Source: Methanocaldococcus indicus
GTDB taxonomy: Archaea > AGJL01 > Methanococci > Methanococcales > Methanocaldococcaceae
DNA: 64,000 nucleotides
Reading direction: 5' to 3'
NCBI RefSeq assembly: GCF_049554935.1
Contig: NZ_CP186926.1
Coordinates: 1,280,001 to 1,344,000, forward strand
Part shown: one piece after another, positions 42,274 through 52,642 of the stretch
Layout: every line of letters starts with the position of its first letter
How positions within the stretch are numbered: position 1 is the stretch's first letter
Notes under the pieces: model-generated
Told to the model about the DNA's origin: nothing
What the model saw: only the letters and a program-made list of their open reading frames with translations
Databases searched by the model: none
Program-made: the position numbers and the translations under genes

Positions 42274-42858
42274 ATGAGTTTATATAAATATATAAGAGAA
42301 GCTTGGAAAAGACCAAAAGAGAGCTATGTTAAAGAGTTGTTATGGGAAAGATTACAACAGTGGAGAAGAGAGCCAGCAGTTGTAAGAATTGAAAGACCTA
42401 CAAGATTAGACAGAGCAAGAGCATTAGGATACAAACCAAAACAAGGAATTATTGTTGTTAGAGTAAGAGTTAGAAGAGGAGGTTTAAGAAAATCAAGACC
42501 TAAAAATTCTAAAAAACCTGCAACATTAGGAGTTAATAAAATAACAATGGGTAAATCCATCCAAAGAATTGCAGAAGAAAGAGCAGCAAGAAAATTCCCA
42601 AATATGGAAGTTCTTAACTCCTACTGGGTTGGAGAAGATGGAAAACACAAATGGTATGAGGTTATATTAGTAGATCCTCACAACCCAGTTATAAAAGCAG
42701 ACCCTAACTACAACTGGTTATGTACTGGAAAACACAAAGGTAGAGCATTTAGAGGTTTAACATCAGCTGGTAAGAAAGGAAGAGGTTTAAGAAACAAAGG
42801 TATTGGAGCTGAAAAAGTTAGACCAAGTATAAGAGCTCATGGTAGAAGAGGTAAGTAA
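42274..42858 (+). CDS. rpl15e: 50S ribosomal protein L15e
   Basis: [34 protein letters not shown]. Confidence 0.97.
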   Translation: MSLYKYIREAWKRPKESYVKELLWERLQQWRREPAVVRIERPTRLDRARALGYKPKQGIIVVRVRVRRGGLRKSRPKNSKKPATLGVNKITMGKSIQRIAEERAARKFPNMEVLNSYWVGEDGKHKWYEVILVDPHNPVIKADPNYNWLCTGKHKGRAFRGLTSAGKKGRGLRNKGIGAEKVRPSIRAHGRRGK

Positions 42859-42965
42859 AATATTTATATAAGTTAGATATTTTTAAGTCCTTGGGGGAAA
42901 ATAACCACTACTTTTTCACTGTCCCCCTAAAAATATTTTTAAAAACTTATTTTTAAGGTGAGGAA

Positions 42966-43640
42966 ATGAGCAATGAGTTAAACTTGTTAGTGCCATTAGA
43001 CCAATACTTAGCAGCAGGAGTCCATATAGGTACAATGCAAAAAACAAAGCACATGGAAAAGTTTATTTATAGAGTTAGAAGTGATGGGTTGTATGTTTTA
43101 GATGTTAGAAAGACAGATGAAAGATTAAGATTAGCAGCTAAGTTTTTAGCAAGATATGAGCCAGAGGATATATTAGCTGTTTCAAGAAGAATATATACAA
43201 CAGGACCATTAGAAGAATTTGGTAAATATACAGGAGTTAGAACAGTTATTGGAAGATTTGTCCCAGGAACATTAACAAACCCATCATATAAAGAATTCTT
43301 AGAGCCAGAGGTTATATTCATATCTGACCCAAGAGTAGATAGACAAGCTTTAAAAGAAGCTGTTGAAGTAGGAATTCCAATAGTTGGTTTATGTGATACA
43401 GAACATTTGACATCATTTATTGATTTAGTTATTCCAGCAAACAACAAAGGGAAGAAGGCTGTTGCATTATTATACTATTTATTAACAAGAGAGTTCTTAA
43501 AGAATAAGGGAGTTATTGAATCTGATGATAAAGTTCCATTTACATATGAGGAGTTCTTAGAAAGAGCTATGAATCCAAAAATTAGAATTATTATACAACC
43601 ACAAGATAGAAGAAGAAGGAGAAGAAGAAAGAAAAAATAA
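42966..43640 (+). CDS. rps2: 30S ribosomal protein S2
   Basis: [28 protein letters not shown]. Confidence 0.97.
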   Translation: MSNELNLLVPLDQYLAAGVHIGTMQKTKHMEKFIYRVRSDGLYVLDVRKTDERLRLAAKFLARYEPEDILAVSRRIYTTGPLEEFGKYTGVRTVIGRFVPGTLTNPSYKEFLEPEVIFISDPRVDRQALKEAVEVGIPIVGLCDTEHLTSFIDLVIPANNKGKKAVALLYYLLTREFLKNKGVIESDDKVPFTYEEFLERAMNPKIRIIIQPQDRRRRRRRKKK

Positions 43641-43652
43641 AGTTGATAATTT

Positions 43653-44261
43653 ATGGAAAAAATTAATTATGTATGTGAGAACTGTGGTAATGATGAGTTA
43701 GAAGTATTAAAAAAGAAAGTTCATGATAAATCATTTTACTATTTAGTAAGATGTCCAAAATGTGGAAATGTATTTGAAATCTCAGATAAATTAAAACTTT
43801 CTCAAACTAAACTAATAATAAGTAGATATGATATATCTGAATCAAAAGTTATAACAATTCCAAAAGATGTAGAGTATAAAGTTGGAGATACATTAAATAT
43901 TGATGGGGAAGAGTTAGAAATAACAAAGATAGAAACAGATAAAACTGTTAAAGGAGCTGAAGGAAAGGATATAAAAGTTATTTGGACAAAATCACTCTCA
44001 ATTCCAAAAAAGATAGGAATAAGTATAAATGATAAAAATAGAACGTACAGTGTATATTTATTAGTTCCTAATGACTATATTTTTGAAACAGAAAGAACTT
44101 ACAAAATTAATGAAGGTTTCTTTAAAATTAAGAAGATAAAATTAGAAAATGGTAAATTTGCTAATAAAGCAGAAGCTAAGGACATAAAAAGGATATATGG
44201 GGAAGTAAGTAGGCCATATAGAAATGCTAAGGACTTAACAGAATATCTAAAAGAGGATTAA
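43653..44261 (+). CDS. Archaeal Zn-finger protein (HVO_0476-like)
   Basis: N-terminal CENC...CPKCG followed by two repeated beta domains. Confidence 0.8.
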   Translation: MEKINYVCENCGNDELEVLKKKVHDKSFYYLVRCPKCGNVFEISDKLKLSQTKLIISRYDISESKVITIPKDVEYKVGDTLNIDGEELEITKIETDKTVKGAEGKDIKVIWTKSLSIPKKIGISINDKNRTYSVYLLVPNDYIFETERTYKINEGFFKIKKIKLENGKFANKAEAKDIKRIYGEVSRPYRNAKDLTEYLKED

Positions 44262-44273
44262 GAAGGTGATTAA

Positions 44274-44930
44274 ATGGCAACTGCAAGAACTGCAAGAAGT
44301 AGAAGAAAAGTGAGAAAGGTAAGAGATAAATGGAAAGAGAAAGTTTGGTATGAGATATATACAACTCCAGAATTTGGAGGAGTATTTATTGGATTGACAC
44401 CATCTAATGACCCAAGTTTAGTTTTAGGTAGAGTTGCAGAGATTAGTTTAAAAGATTTAGCAGGAGACCCAACAAAACACATGCATAGAACATACTGGAA
44501 AATCTTTGGAATAGCTGGAAGTAGAGCAATAGCTCAATTTTATGGACATGATACAACAAGAGAATTTATGAAAGCACAAATTAGAAGAAGAAGAAGTAGA
44601 ATTGATGCTATATTAGATGTTGTTACAAAAGATGGATATAAAGTAAGAACAAAGGCATTAGTTTTAACAGCTCACAGAGCAGATACAAGACAAAAATCAG
44701 ATATTAGAAAGAAAATGGAAGAAATTATTAAAGACATGGCAAAAGAGAAAGATTTTGCTCATTATGTCCATGCTATGCTAATGGGAGAAATGGCTGAAAG
44801 AATTAAAAATGAATGTAAAAAAATATTCCCAATAAAGAATGTTATAGTATATAAATCAGAAGTTTTAGAGTTGGCTAAATCAGAAGAAACAGAAGGATAT
44901 ATAAAAGAAAGTGAAGAAGAAAACAACTAA
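44274..44930 (+). CDS. rps3ae: 30S ribosomal protein S3Ae (eS1)
   Basis: DKWKEKVWY, GRVAEISL.DL, KKIFP..KSEVL. Confidence 0.95.
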   Translation: MATARTARSRRKVRKVRDKWKEKVWYEIYTTPEFGGVFIGLTPSNDPSLVLGRVAEISLKDLAGDPTKHMHRTYWKIFGIAGSRAIAQFYGHDTTREFMKAQIRRRRSRIDAILDVVTKDGYKVRTKALVLTAHRADTRQKSDIRKKMEEIIKDMAKEKDFAHYVHAMLMGEMAERIKNECKKIFPIKNVIVYKSEVLELAKSEETEGYIKESEEENN

Positions 44931-44937
44931 ATTTTTT

Positions 44938-45759
44938 TTATTTTTTAACTTTCTCTTTATTTATAAAGTTTTTAGCTAAATCTAAAATATTCTCAGAGAT
45001 TATATATTTAGAGTTGTCTTTTAATACTACTTTAGCTACTTCTAATGCTTGATATATTTGTGCTTCATCTTTAAAGTATTCTCTTGCAGCTTCTGCAACT
45101 ATTTTTATTGCCTTAGCTCTACCTTCTGCTTCAATCCTTAAACTTTCAGCAATTCCTTCTGCTTTTAGTATTCTACTTTGCTTTTCTCCTTCTGCCTCTA
45201 AAATAGCAGCTCTTTTTAATCTTTCAGCTTTCATTTGTTGTGCCATTGCATTTTTAATATCTTCTGGTGGGTCTATTTCTTTAACTTCTACTTTCTCAAC
45301 TCTAACTCCCCATGCATCTGTCTCCTTATCCAATATCTCTAAAAGTTTTGAATTTATATATTCCCTTTTGTTAAGGACTTCATCTAATTCCATATTTCCA
45401 ATTATAGCTCTTAAAGTAGTTTGAGCTAAGTTAATTATTGCATATTCATAATCCTCAACTTCTAAAAGAGCTTTTTCAACATCTACAACTCTATAATAGA
45501 TAATTGCATCTACTCTAACAACAGCATTGTCCTTAGTTATCATATCTTGGGGAGGAATATCTGTAACTTTTGTCCTTAAATCTACTTTAACTGGAACATC
45601 TAAAAAAGGGATAATTATATTAACTCCAGGTTTTAACTTTCCTATAACTTTACCTAATCTAAATATTAAACCTCCTTCATACTGCTTAACTATAACAACT
45701 GCTTTAATTATTATAAATAAAACAATAAATCCTAATATTAACCAAAAAATCCATAACAT
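44938..45759 (-). CDS. SPFH/band 7 (stomatin-like) protein
   Basis: [28 protein letters not shown]. Confidence 0.93.
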   Translation of the reverse strand: MLWIFWLILGFIVLFIIIKAVVIVKQYEGGLIFRLGKVIGKLKPGVNIIIPFLDVPVKVDLRTKVTDIPPQDMITKDNAVVRVDAIIYYRVVDVEKALLEVEDYEYAIINLAQTTLRAIIGNMELDEVLNKREYINSKLLEILDKETDAWGVRVEKVEVKEIDPPEDIKNAMAQQMKAERLKRAAILEAEGEKQSRILKAEGIAESLRIEAEGRAKAIKIVAEAAREYFKDEAQIYQALEVAKVVLKDNSKYIISENILDLAKNFINKEKVKK

Positions 45760-45765
45760 TTTTTA

Positions 45766-46173
45766 TCACACTCTTTTAACTATAAGATGAACACCTTCAT
45801 ATCCAATAACAATAACTTTATCTCCTTTTTTTATATCATCTTCTGATTTAGCATGCCATACTTCATTCTCTATCTTAATCTTTCCATAGTTATCTTTAAA
45901 ATCTTCTAATGCTATACCTTCCTTACCTATTAACCTTTCAACTCCTACTTTATACTCATTCTTTGAAAAATAAACAAATTTATATAATAAGAAAACAGTT
46001 ATTATTCCTGCTAAAAAACCAGCTAATAGTGAATAGTTTGGCATAATAAATAAAAAAATTCCATAAACTATAAGAGCTATTCCCAAAGCAGGAAAATATA
46101 AACCAGGAATATAGCTCTCTAATAGAACTACAATGAATCCAATAACTATAAGGATATATCCTAACTCCTCCAT
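45766..46173 (-). CDS. NfeD-like membrane protein
   Basis: TM N-terminus plus OB-fold (LIGKEG, GKIKIENEVWHA); paired with the SPFH gene. Confidence 0.88.
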   Translation of the reverse strand: MEELGYILIVIGFIVVLLESYIPGLYFPALGIALIVYGIFLFIMPNYSLLAGFLAGIITVFLLYKFVYFSKNEYKVGVERLIGKEGIALEDFKDNYGKIKIENEVWHAKSEDDIKKGDKVIVIGYEGVHLIVKRV

Positions 46174-46243
46174 AACAAATCCTACAAAATTTTAATAATT
46201 ATAACTTTTTAAATTTAGTAATATATATAACTTTTGTAAATAA

Positions 46244-47557
46244 ATGTTTAAGGTTTTGGATATGATAGAAAATTTAAAAGAGTTAGAAAGAGTTGCAAAT
46301 GAAATAAAAGAAAAGATAAACAACTATTCAGGATATATAAAGATAATAACTCACCATGATACAGATGGATTAAGTAGTGGGGGAATTGTTGCAAAAACTC
46401 TATTAAGAAATAACAAACTCTTCCATATTTCTGTTGTAGAGCATTTAAGTGATAAAGTTATTGAAAAATTGCATCCAAACTGTTTATACATATTTTGTGA
46501 TATGGGCTCAGGACAGTTAGATAAAATTCTACAAAAAGATGAAAATATAAATGCTATTATTTTAGACCATCATCCCCCTTCTATATATGAAGAAAAAATT
46601 AACAACATTATTCAACTAAATCCTCATTTATATGGTATAGATGGCTCAAAAGAGGCAACTGCAAGCTCTATTTGTTATTTATTGGCAAGAGCTTATAACT
46701 TCTATGATTTAGCAGGATTGGCAATTGTTGGAATGATTGGAGATATGCAGTATAATCCTTTTTTAGGATTGAATAAGTTTATAGTCAATGAGGCAAGAGA
46801 ACATAAAATAATAAAAATATTCAAAGATATAATTTATAATGTTTATGGAGTAGAGCTTTATAAAGCAATTGCATACTGCACAAAGCCATATATTGAGACA
46901 CTATCATCTGAAAATAAAGCATACAAATTTTTAAATGAATTGAAAATAAATCCTGAAAAAACAGAAATGGATGAATCAGAAAAAAAGAGATTTTTAGCTC
47001 AAATAGCTTTTAAATTTCCAGATATTGATAAGTTAATGATAGATAGAATAATTATTAATCATAAGGTTCAAGATGCTTTCTTATTATCTGAGATTTTAAA
47101 CTCTGTTGGTAGATTTGGAAAATTTGGAGTAGGAATAGGAATAACTTTGGAAGATGATAAATGTATTGAGATAGGTAAAGAACTTTTATGGAAGTATAAA
47201 AAAGAGTTGGTAAGTGAAATAAAAAGGATAACTTTAAAAGACCTTAAACATATTAAATATTTTGAGGGTAAAAAGGGATATATTGGTGTTATAGCCTCTA
47301 TATTAGCAACTGAGAAGCCAGTTGTTGGATACTATATTGAAGATGATATAGCAAAATTTTCAGCAAGAGGTAATAAAGAGTTAGTTGAGAGAGGTTTAGA
47401 TTTAAATAAAGTAATGGCAATAGCCAAAGAGTTTAGTGGAAATGGAGGGGGGCATAATATAGCAGCAGGTGCAACAATTAAAAAAGAATATATACAAGAT
47501 TTCTTAAAAAGAATAGATGAATTAGTAGGAGAACAATTGAAAGGTGAGAAAAAATGA
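46244..47557 (+). CDS. RecJ-like DHH/DHHA1 exonuclease
   Basis: HHDTDG, DMG, LDHH, GDMQ, SAR, GGGHNIAAG. Confidence 0.9.
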   Translation: MFKVLDMIENLKELERVANEIKEKINNYSGYIKIITHHDTDGLSSGGIVAKTLLRNNKLFHISVVEHLSDKVIEKLHPNCLYIFCDMGSGQLDKILQKDENINAIILDHHPPSIYEEKINNIIQLNPHLYGIDGSKEATASSICYLLARAYNFYDLAGLAIVGMIGDMQYNPFLGLNKFIVNEAREHKIIKIFKDIIYNVYGVELYKAIAYCTKPYIETLSSENKAYKFLNELKINPEKTEMDESEKKRFLAQIAFKFPDIDKLMIDRIIINHKVQDAFLLSEILNSVGRFGKFGVGIGITLEDDKCIEIGKELLWKYKKELVSEIKRITLKDLKHIKYFEGKKGYIGVIASILATEKPVVGYYIEDDIAKFSARGNKELVERGLDLNKVMAIAKEFSGNGGGHNIAAGATIKKEYIQDFLKRIDELVGEQLKGEKK

Positions 47558-48477
47558 AATATGTTGTAGGGCACAAAAATCCAGATACTGATTCAATTGC
47601 ATCTGCAATAGTTTTAGCATATTTCTTAGATTGTTATCCAGCTAAGCTTGGAGATATAAATCCTGAGACTGAATTTGTTTTAAGAAAATTTGGAGTTATT
47701 GAGCCAGAAACTATAAAATCAGCAAAAAATAAGGAGTTAATATTAGTTGATCATTCAGAAAAAAGTCAAAGTTTAGATGATTTAGAAGAAGGAAAGTTGA
47801 TAGCTATTATAGACCACCATAAAGTTGGTTTAACAACATCCGAACCAATATTATACTATGCTAAACCAGTTGGTTCAACTGCAACTGTTATAGCAGAGTT
47901 ATACTTTAAAAAAGCTTTAGATTTGATAGGTGGAAAAAATAAAGAACTAAAACCAGATTTAGCAGGATTATTATTAAGTGCAATAATATCAGATACTGTC
48001 TTATTCAAATCACCAACAACAACAGATTTAGATAAAGAAATGGCTAAAAAATTAGCTGAGATAGCCAATATAAAAAATATAGAAGAGTTTGGAATGGAAA
48101 TCTTAAAAGCTAAATCAGTTGTAGGAAAACTATCTCCAGAAGAAATAATAAATATGGACTTTAAGAACTTTGATTTTAATGGAAAAAAAGTGGGAATTGG
48201 GCAAGTTGAGGTTATAGATGTTAAAGAAGTGGAAAGTAAAAAAGAGGATATATATAAACTTTTAGAAAAGAAATTAAATGAAGAAGGTTATGATTTAATT
48301 GTCTTTATGATAACAGATATTATGAAGGAAGGTAGTGAGATGTTAGTTGTTGGTAATAAAGAGATTTTTGAGAAGGCATTTAATGTTAAATTGGATGGTA
48401 ACTCTATATTCTTAGAAGGAATTATGTCAAGAAAAAAACAAGTTGTTCCACCATTAGAAAAAGCATACAAGGAGTGA
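47554..48477 (+). CDS. ppaC: Manganese-dependent inorganic pyrophosphatase
   Basis: GHKNPDTDS, IDHH, SRKKQVVP. Confidence 0.95.
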   Translation: MKYVVGHKNPDTDSIASAIVLAYFLDCYPAKLGDINPETEFVLRKFGVIEPETIKSAKNKELILVDHSEKSQSLDDLEEGKLIAIIDHHKVGLTTSEPILYYAKPVGSTATVIAELYFKKALDLIGGKNKELKPDLAGLLLSAIISDTVLFKSPTTTDLDKEMAKKLAEIANIKNIEEFGMEILKAKSVVGKLSPEEIINMDFKNFDFNGKKVGIGQVEVIDVKEVESKKEDIYKLLEKKLNEEGYDLIVFMITDIMKEGSEMLVVGNKEIFEKAFNVKLDGNSIFLEGIMSRKKQVVPPLEKAYKE

Positions 48478-48483
48478 TTCAAT

Positions 48484-49233
48484 ATGTTTAGAGCAGAGTT
48501 TGAGAGTGCGAAAGCATTTAAGAAGGTAGTAGATACACTATCAACATTGTTAGATGAGATAACCATAAAGATAGATGAGGAAGGGATGAAAGCAATAGCA
48601 ATGGACCCAAGCCATGTAGCATTAGTAAAATTAGAGGTTCCAAAATTAGCATTTGATAGCTATGAAATAGATGAGGAGAAGGAGATAGGAATAGATTTAG
48701 AGATGTTAAAGAAGATATTTAACAGGGCTAAGGCAAAAGATAAGTTAATTTTAGAGTTGGATGAAGAAAAAAACAAGTTAAATATAATCTTTGAAAACAC
48801 AGGGAAGAGGAAGTTCTCAATAAGCTTATTAGAAACAGGAGGGATAACTCACAAAGTTCCAGAAATTGAGTATGTAAATAAAGTCATGTTAAAAGGAGAT
48901 GCATTTAAAGAGGCATTAAAAGATGCTAAGCTATTCTCTGACAGTGTTACATTAAAGATAGATGAGGAGAAGTTTGTTGTATATGCAAAGAGTGAAGTTA
49001 ATGAAGTTGAGAGCATCTTTGATAAAGATAGTTCAGCAGTTATAAGCTTAGAATGTGGAGAAGAAGCAAAGTCATCATTTAATTTAGAATATTTAGAGGA
49101 TATGGTTAAAGGAGTTAGTAGTGGAGATATTGTTAAAATAGAGTTAGGTAATGATATGCCTCTAAAATTAGAATACTCCCTCTCCGGTGCTGAACTATTG
49201 TTCTTCTTAGCCCCAAGAATTGAGGAAGAATAA
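48484..49233 (+). CDS. pcn: DNA polymerase sliding clamp PCNA
   Basis: [18 protein letters not shown]. Confidence 0.96.
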   Translation: MFRAEFESAKAFKKVVDTLSTLLDEITIKIDEEGMKAIAMDPSHVALVKLEVPKLAFDSYEIDEEKEIGIDLEMLKKIFNRAKAKDKLILELDEEKNKLNIIFENTGKRKFSISLLETGGITHKVPEIEYVNKVMLKGDAFKEALKDAKLFSDSVTLKIDEEKFVVYAKSEVNEVESIFDKDSSAVISLECGEEAKSSFNLEYLEDMVKGVSSGDIVKIELGNDMPLKLEYSLSGAELLFFLAPRIEEE

Positions 49234-49312
49234 TTAATAATTTTATTTTCTTTAATTTTATTTTTAAATATTAAGATATTATTATTGATATTAATCTAAA
49301 GAGGGCATAATT

Positions 49313-50125
49313 ATGGATTTTAAGATGTTAGTTGATAAGAGAGAAAAAAAGTATCTTCTTAAAAAAAAGGTTAATAAGTTAGGTACTGATTTAGGAGTTG
49401 TAGATTTGGAAAACAAAGATGTTGGAGAGGTTGTTTATTCACATTTAGGAGAAAAATTTTACTATGTTGAACCTACTCTTTATGATGTTTTAAAAAGAAT
49501 GAAAAGAACAGTAACTACTCTCCTACCAAAAGATATTGGATTTATTATAGCAAGAGGGGGAATAAGAAATGGAGAGATTGTTTTAGAAGCTGGGACTGGC
49601 TCAGGAGTTTTAACTATGTATTTAGCTAATGCTGTTGGGAAAGAAGGTAGAGTTATTACTTATGAAAAAAGGCCAGAATTTGCAAAAGTTGCAAGAGAGA
49701 ATTTACTAAGATTAGGTTTAGTAAGAAAGAATCAGCCAATTATTGGATTAGATGAAGAATTTAATGATGATATTGAAGTAGAAGAAGGTCTATTTAATGT
49801 TATTATGAAGATAGGAGATGTAAGAGAAGGGATTGAAGAAAGAGATATAGATGTTATTGTTTTAGATATGCCTGATCCTTGGGAAGTTGTAGAGCATGCT
49901 AAAAAAGCTTTAAACAAAAAGAGAGGTAGAATAATAACCTATCTCCCATATATTGAGCAAGTAAAAAAAACTGTTGAGAAATTAAAAGAAGAAGGTTTCT
50001 GGGATATTCAAACATATGAATTGATAGAGAGAGTTATTGAAGTATCTGAAAAAGGGGTACGACCTTCAACAAGGATGATTGGACATACAGGATATATAAC
50101 ATTTGCAAGAGTCCCAATTGATTAA
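49313..50125 (+). CDS. trmI: tRNA (adenine-N1)-methyltransferase
   Basis: PKDIG, EAGTGSG, LDMPDPW, HTGYI. Confidence 0.93.
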   Translation: MDFKMLVDKREKKYLLKKKVNKLGTDLGVVDLENKDVGEVVYSHLGEKFYYVEPTLYDVLKRMKRTVTTLLPKDIGFIIARGGIRNGEIVLEAGTGSGVLTMYLANAVGKEGRVITYEKRPEFAKVARENLLRLGLVRKNQPIIGLDEEFNDDIEVEEGLFNVIMKIGDVREGIEERDIDVIVLDMPDPWEVVEHAKKALNKKRGRIITYLPYIEQVKKTVEKLKEEGFWDIQTYELIERVIEVSEKGVRPSTRMIGHTGYITFARVPID

Positions 50126-50817
50126 AAAATTCTTTGAGCAATTAATTTAAACAATATTTTAAATCCTGTTATGACATTTGTTCCTCTGCTCATTGAATAA
50201 TCTGTATATATTGTTTTTATTGGAACTTCTTTTATTTTTAAATTGTGTTTCTTAGCCAATATTATAAATTCTGATGATACTTCATATCTATCACTTTTTA
50301 AATCATCAATAATTTTTTTTGCAGCTTCATAAGAAAATGTTCTTAATCCACTTTGACTATCTGAAACAAAGTAACCTCCCATAAAATAAGTTATGAAGTT
50401 TAAACCAAAATTACCAATTCTTTTAACAAGAGGCATATTTTTTAGCTCATTTTTATCTAACATCCTACTTCCAATAACAAAATCATAACCTTCAAAGATA
50501 GGTTTTACAACTTTCTCTATATCTTCTGGATGATGCTGTCCATCAGCATCAAAAGTTACAATAACCTTTGGATTATATAGAAGAGCTGTTTTAATCCCAG
50601 TTCCTAATGCTCCTCCTAAACCTCTATTTATTATATGCCTACAAACAATAACATCCTCCTGTTTAGCTAACTCATAAGTTTTATCCTTTGAGCCATCATC
50701 CACAACAACAATGTTTTTATATCCATATTTTTTTAGATTTTTTAATGTTTTAGTTATCATTTTTTCTTCATTGTATGCTGGAACAACAATAAAAATATCA
50801 TCTTTGTTTATTTCCAT
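50122..50817 (-). CDS. GT2 glycosyltransferase (dolichol-phosphate mannose synthase-like)
   Basis: VPAYNEE, VDDGSKD, FDADGQH, DSQSG; ATG at 50817. Confidence 0.9.
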   Translation of the reverse strand: MEINKDDIFIVVPAYNEEKMITKTLKNLKKYGYKNIVVVDDGSKDKTYELAKQEDVIVCRHIINRGLGGALGTGIKTALLYNPKVIVTFDADGQHHPEDIEKVVKPIFEGYDFVIGSRMLDKNELKNMPLVKRIGNFGLNFITYFMGGYFVSDSQSGLRTFSYEAAKKIIDDLKSDRYEVSSEFIILAKKHNLKIKEVPIKTIYTDYSMSRGTNVITGFKILFKLIAQRIF

Positions 50818-51079
50818 ACTTTCCACCAATAACTTTAGAGAAAGCAATGTTTCCAGCAACACCACACAAAAATATAACCAATGCAATACTATCAGCAAAA
50901 GGAATATTGTATTTTAGGGATATAAGGACTATCATAGTTCCAATAACAACAGTAATTAATGAACTACCAATTAAAACATTTGATGTCTCTTTTTTAAAAG
51001 CTAATCTTAATCCAACCAAAGCTGAAAAAGTTAGAGAGAGAATAGCAAATATTATTATTAGATTAAATATAAGCTCCAT
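50798..51079 (-). CDS. Small 3-TM protein, MrpF/MnhF-like (possible Ehb membrane subunit)
   Basis: Three TM helices ending SIALVIFLCGVAGNIAFSK. Confidence 0.55.
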   Translation of the reverse strand: MELIFNLIIIFAILSLTFSALVGLRLAFKKETSNVLIGSSLITVVIGTMIVLISLKYNIPFADSIALVIFLCGVAGNIAFSKVIGGKYGNKQR

Positions 51080-51092
51080 ACTAATCCCTTAT

Positions 51093-52112
51093 TCAAATAT
51101 AGTTATTAATATCTAATCCTACTTCATCACATATATTTTTTAGTATATTATAGAGGGATTCATCTATTGGAATCCCATCTTTATTTTTTTCTTTATTTCT
51201 TTCTTCTATCTCTCCAGGAATTAAAACATTTTCTCCAGCACTTTTAACTTCCTCCATTAGCTCATCAACTTTCTTTTTAAATTCCTCTTTCCCCATAAAG
51301 AAGTCAGGATTTATAACTATAAATAAATCTCCTTTTGTGCATCTTTCTTTTGGATTAGCTGTTCCTCTAACTTTACTACCCACTTCTGCTCCTCCAATTG
51401 CTGAAAGCATCTCTATAGCCAATGCTAATGCATAACCTTTTGGACCACCAAATGGTAATATACAACCTTCTAATGCTTCTTTTGGGTCTGTTGTTGGATT
51501 ACCATCTTTATCTACAGCACAACCTTCTGGAATTTTTGTTTTCTTCCTTAAAGCTTCTAATATTTTACCTCTTGCAATTGATGATGTAGCCATATCTAAG
51601 GAAAATTTATATTTATTTCCTTTAAAGGCAATTGCTATTGGATTAGTTCCTAAAATTTTCTTTTTTCCACCAAATGGTGCCATAGCAGGCTCAGTGTTTG
51701 TCATAACTATTCCAATCATATCCTCATTCATAGCTTTTTCAGTATAGTATCCTGCTATACCAAAATGATTAGAATTAATAGTGGATACACAAGATATTCC
51801 CATTTTTTTAGCTTTTTCAATTGCAATATCCATAGCATAATCTCCTACAACTTGTCCTAATCCTAAATCTCCATCAATAACAGCTGTTGCTGGACTTTCT
51901 TTAACTATTCTTATATTAGGATTTGGATTTATATTTTTTAGCTTTAATCCTTCAACATATTGAGCAAATCTACCAATTCCATGAGAAGTAAATCCTTTTA
52001 AATCTGCTTCAACTATTACATCTGCAACTATCTTAGCATCTTTTTCTGGAACATTATACTTTTTTAGAACATCAACAATTAGCTGCTTTGCTTTCTCAGG
52101 TTTTATTTTCAA
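51093..52112 (-). CDS. comC: (2R)-3-sulfolactate dehydrogenase (coenzyme M biosynthesis)
   Basis: SHGIGRF, NSNHFGIAGYY, GTNPIA, GGPKGY; adjacent to endA as in M. jannaschii. Confidence 0.88.
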   Translation of the reverse strand: MKIKPEKAKQLIVDVLKKYNVPEKDAKIVADVIVEADLKGFTSHGIGRFAQYVEGLKLKNINPNPNIRIVKESPATAVIDGDLGLGQVVGDYAMDIAIEKAKKMGISCVSTINSNHFGIAGYYTEKAMNEDMIGIVMTNTEPAMAPFGGKKKILGTNPIAIAFKGNKYKFSLDMATSSIARGKILEALRKKTKIPEGCAVDKDGNPTTDPKEALEGCILPFGGPKGYALALAIEMLSAIGGAEVGSKVRGTANPKERCTKGDLFIVINPDFFMGKEEFKKKVDELMEEVKSAGENVLIPGEIEERNKEKNKDGIPIDESLYNILKNICDEVGLDINNYI

Positions 52113-52126
52113 TATCTCACCTAAAT

Positions 52127-52642
52127 TTATGGTCTTATATATTCCATATTATAATATACTATATCTCCATCATTATCTACAATAGCAATTAACAACTTTT
52201 TTCTAACTGAATGAGCCACTCTTACAAAACCAGTTAGCTCACCTAAGTAGATTTTACTGTCTTCATTAAAAACCTTTACTAAATATATTGAATGCTCTTT
52301 TTCAATATCTGCCCCTCTCTCATACAATCTAAAATCAGCACCATACTTTAAGCCAGTTTTAATAATATATCCCCTTTTTCTTAAATCTCTATAAACTAAA
52401 TACTTAATAGTTAATTTTTCTTCTAACTCTTTTGCATAGTTAAATAACTCTTCAAAAGATAAGGTTCTTTTTCCTTTTTTGACAACTAACCAACCTAATT
52501 CAACTAAGTATAAAGCTTCAATTAAGGATAAAGATAAAAATTTTCCATTGTAGGAGCCATAGTATTTATTTTTAAACTTTGCTATTCCATTGTTGTCAAA
52601 AACAACTACTCTATCACTCTCTAAAATTCCTTCTATTGGGAT
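52127..52642 (-). CDS. endA: tRNA-splicing endonuclease (full frame; putative ATC/ATA start)
   Basis: In-frame upstream DRVVVFD, LSLSLIEALYL, KTGLKYGADFRLY, then EHS and RVAHSVRK. Confidence 0.92.
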   Translation of the reverse strand: MPIEGILESDRVVVFDNNGIAKFKNKYYGSYNGKFLSLSLIEALYLVELGWLVVKKGKRTLSFEELFNYAKELEEKLTIKYLVYRDLRKRGYIIKTGLKYGADFRLYERGADIEKEHSIYLVKVFNEDSKIYLGELTGFVRVAHSVRKKLLIAIVDNDGDIVYYNMEYIRP

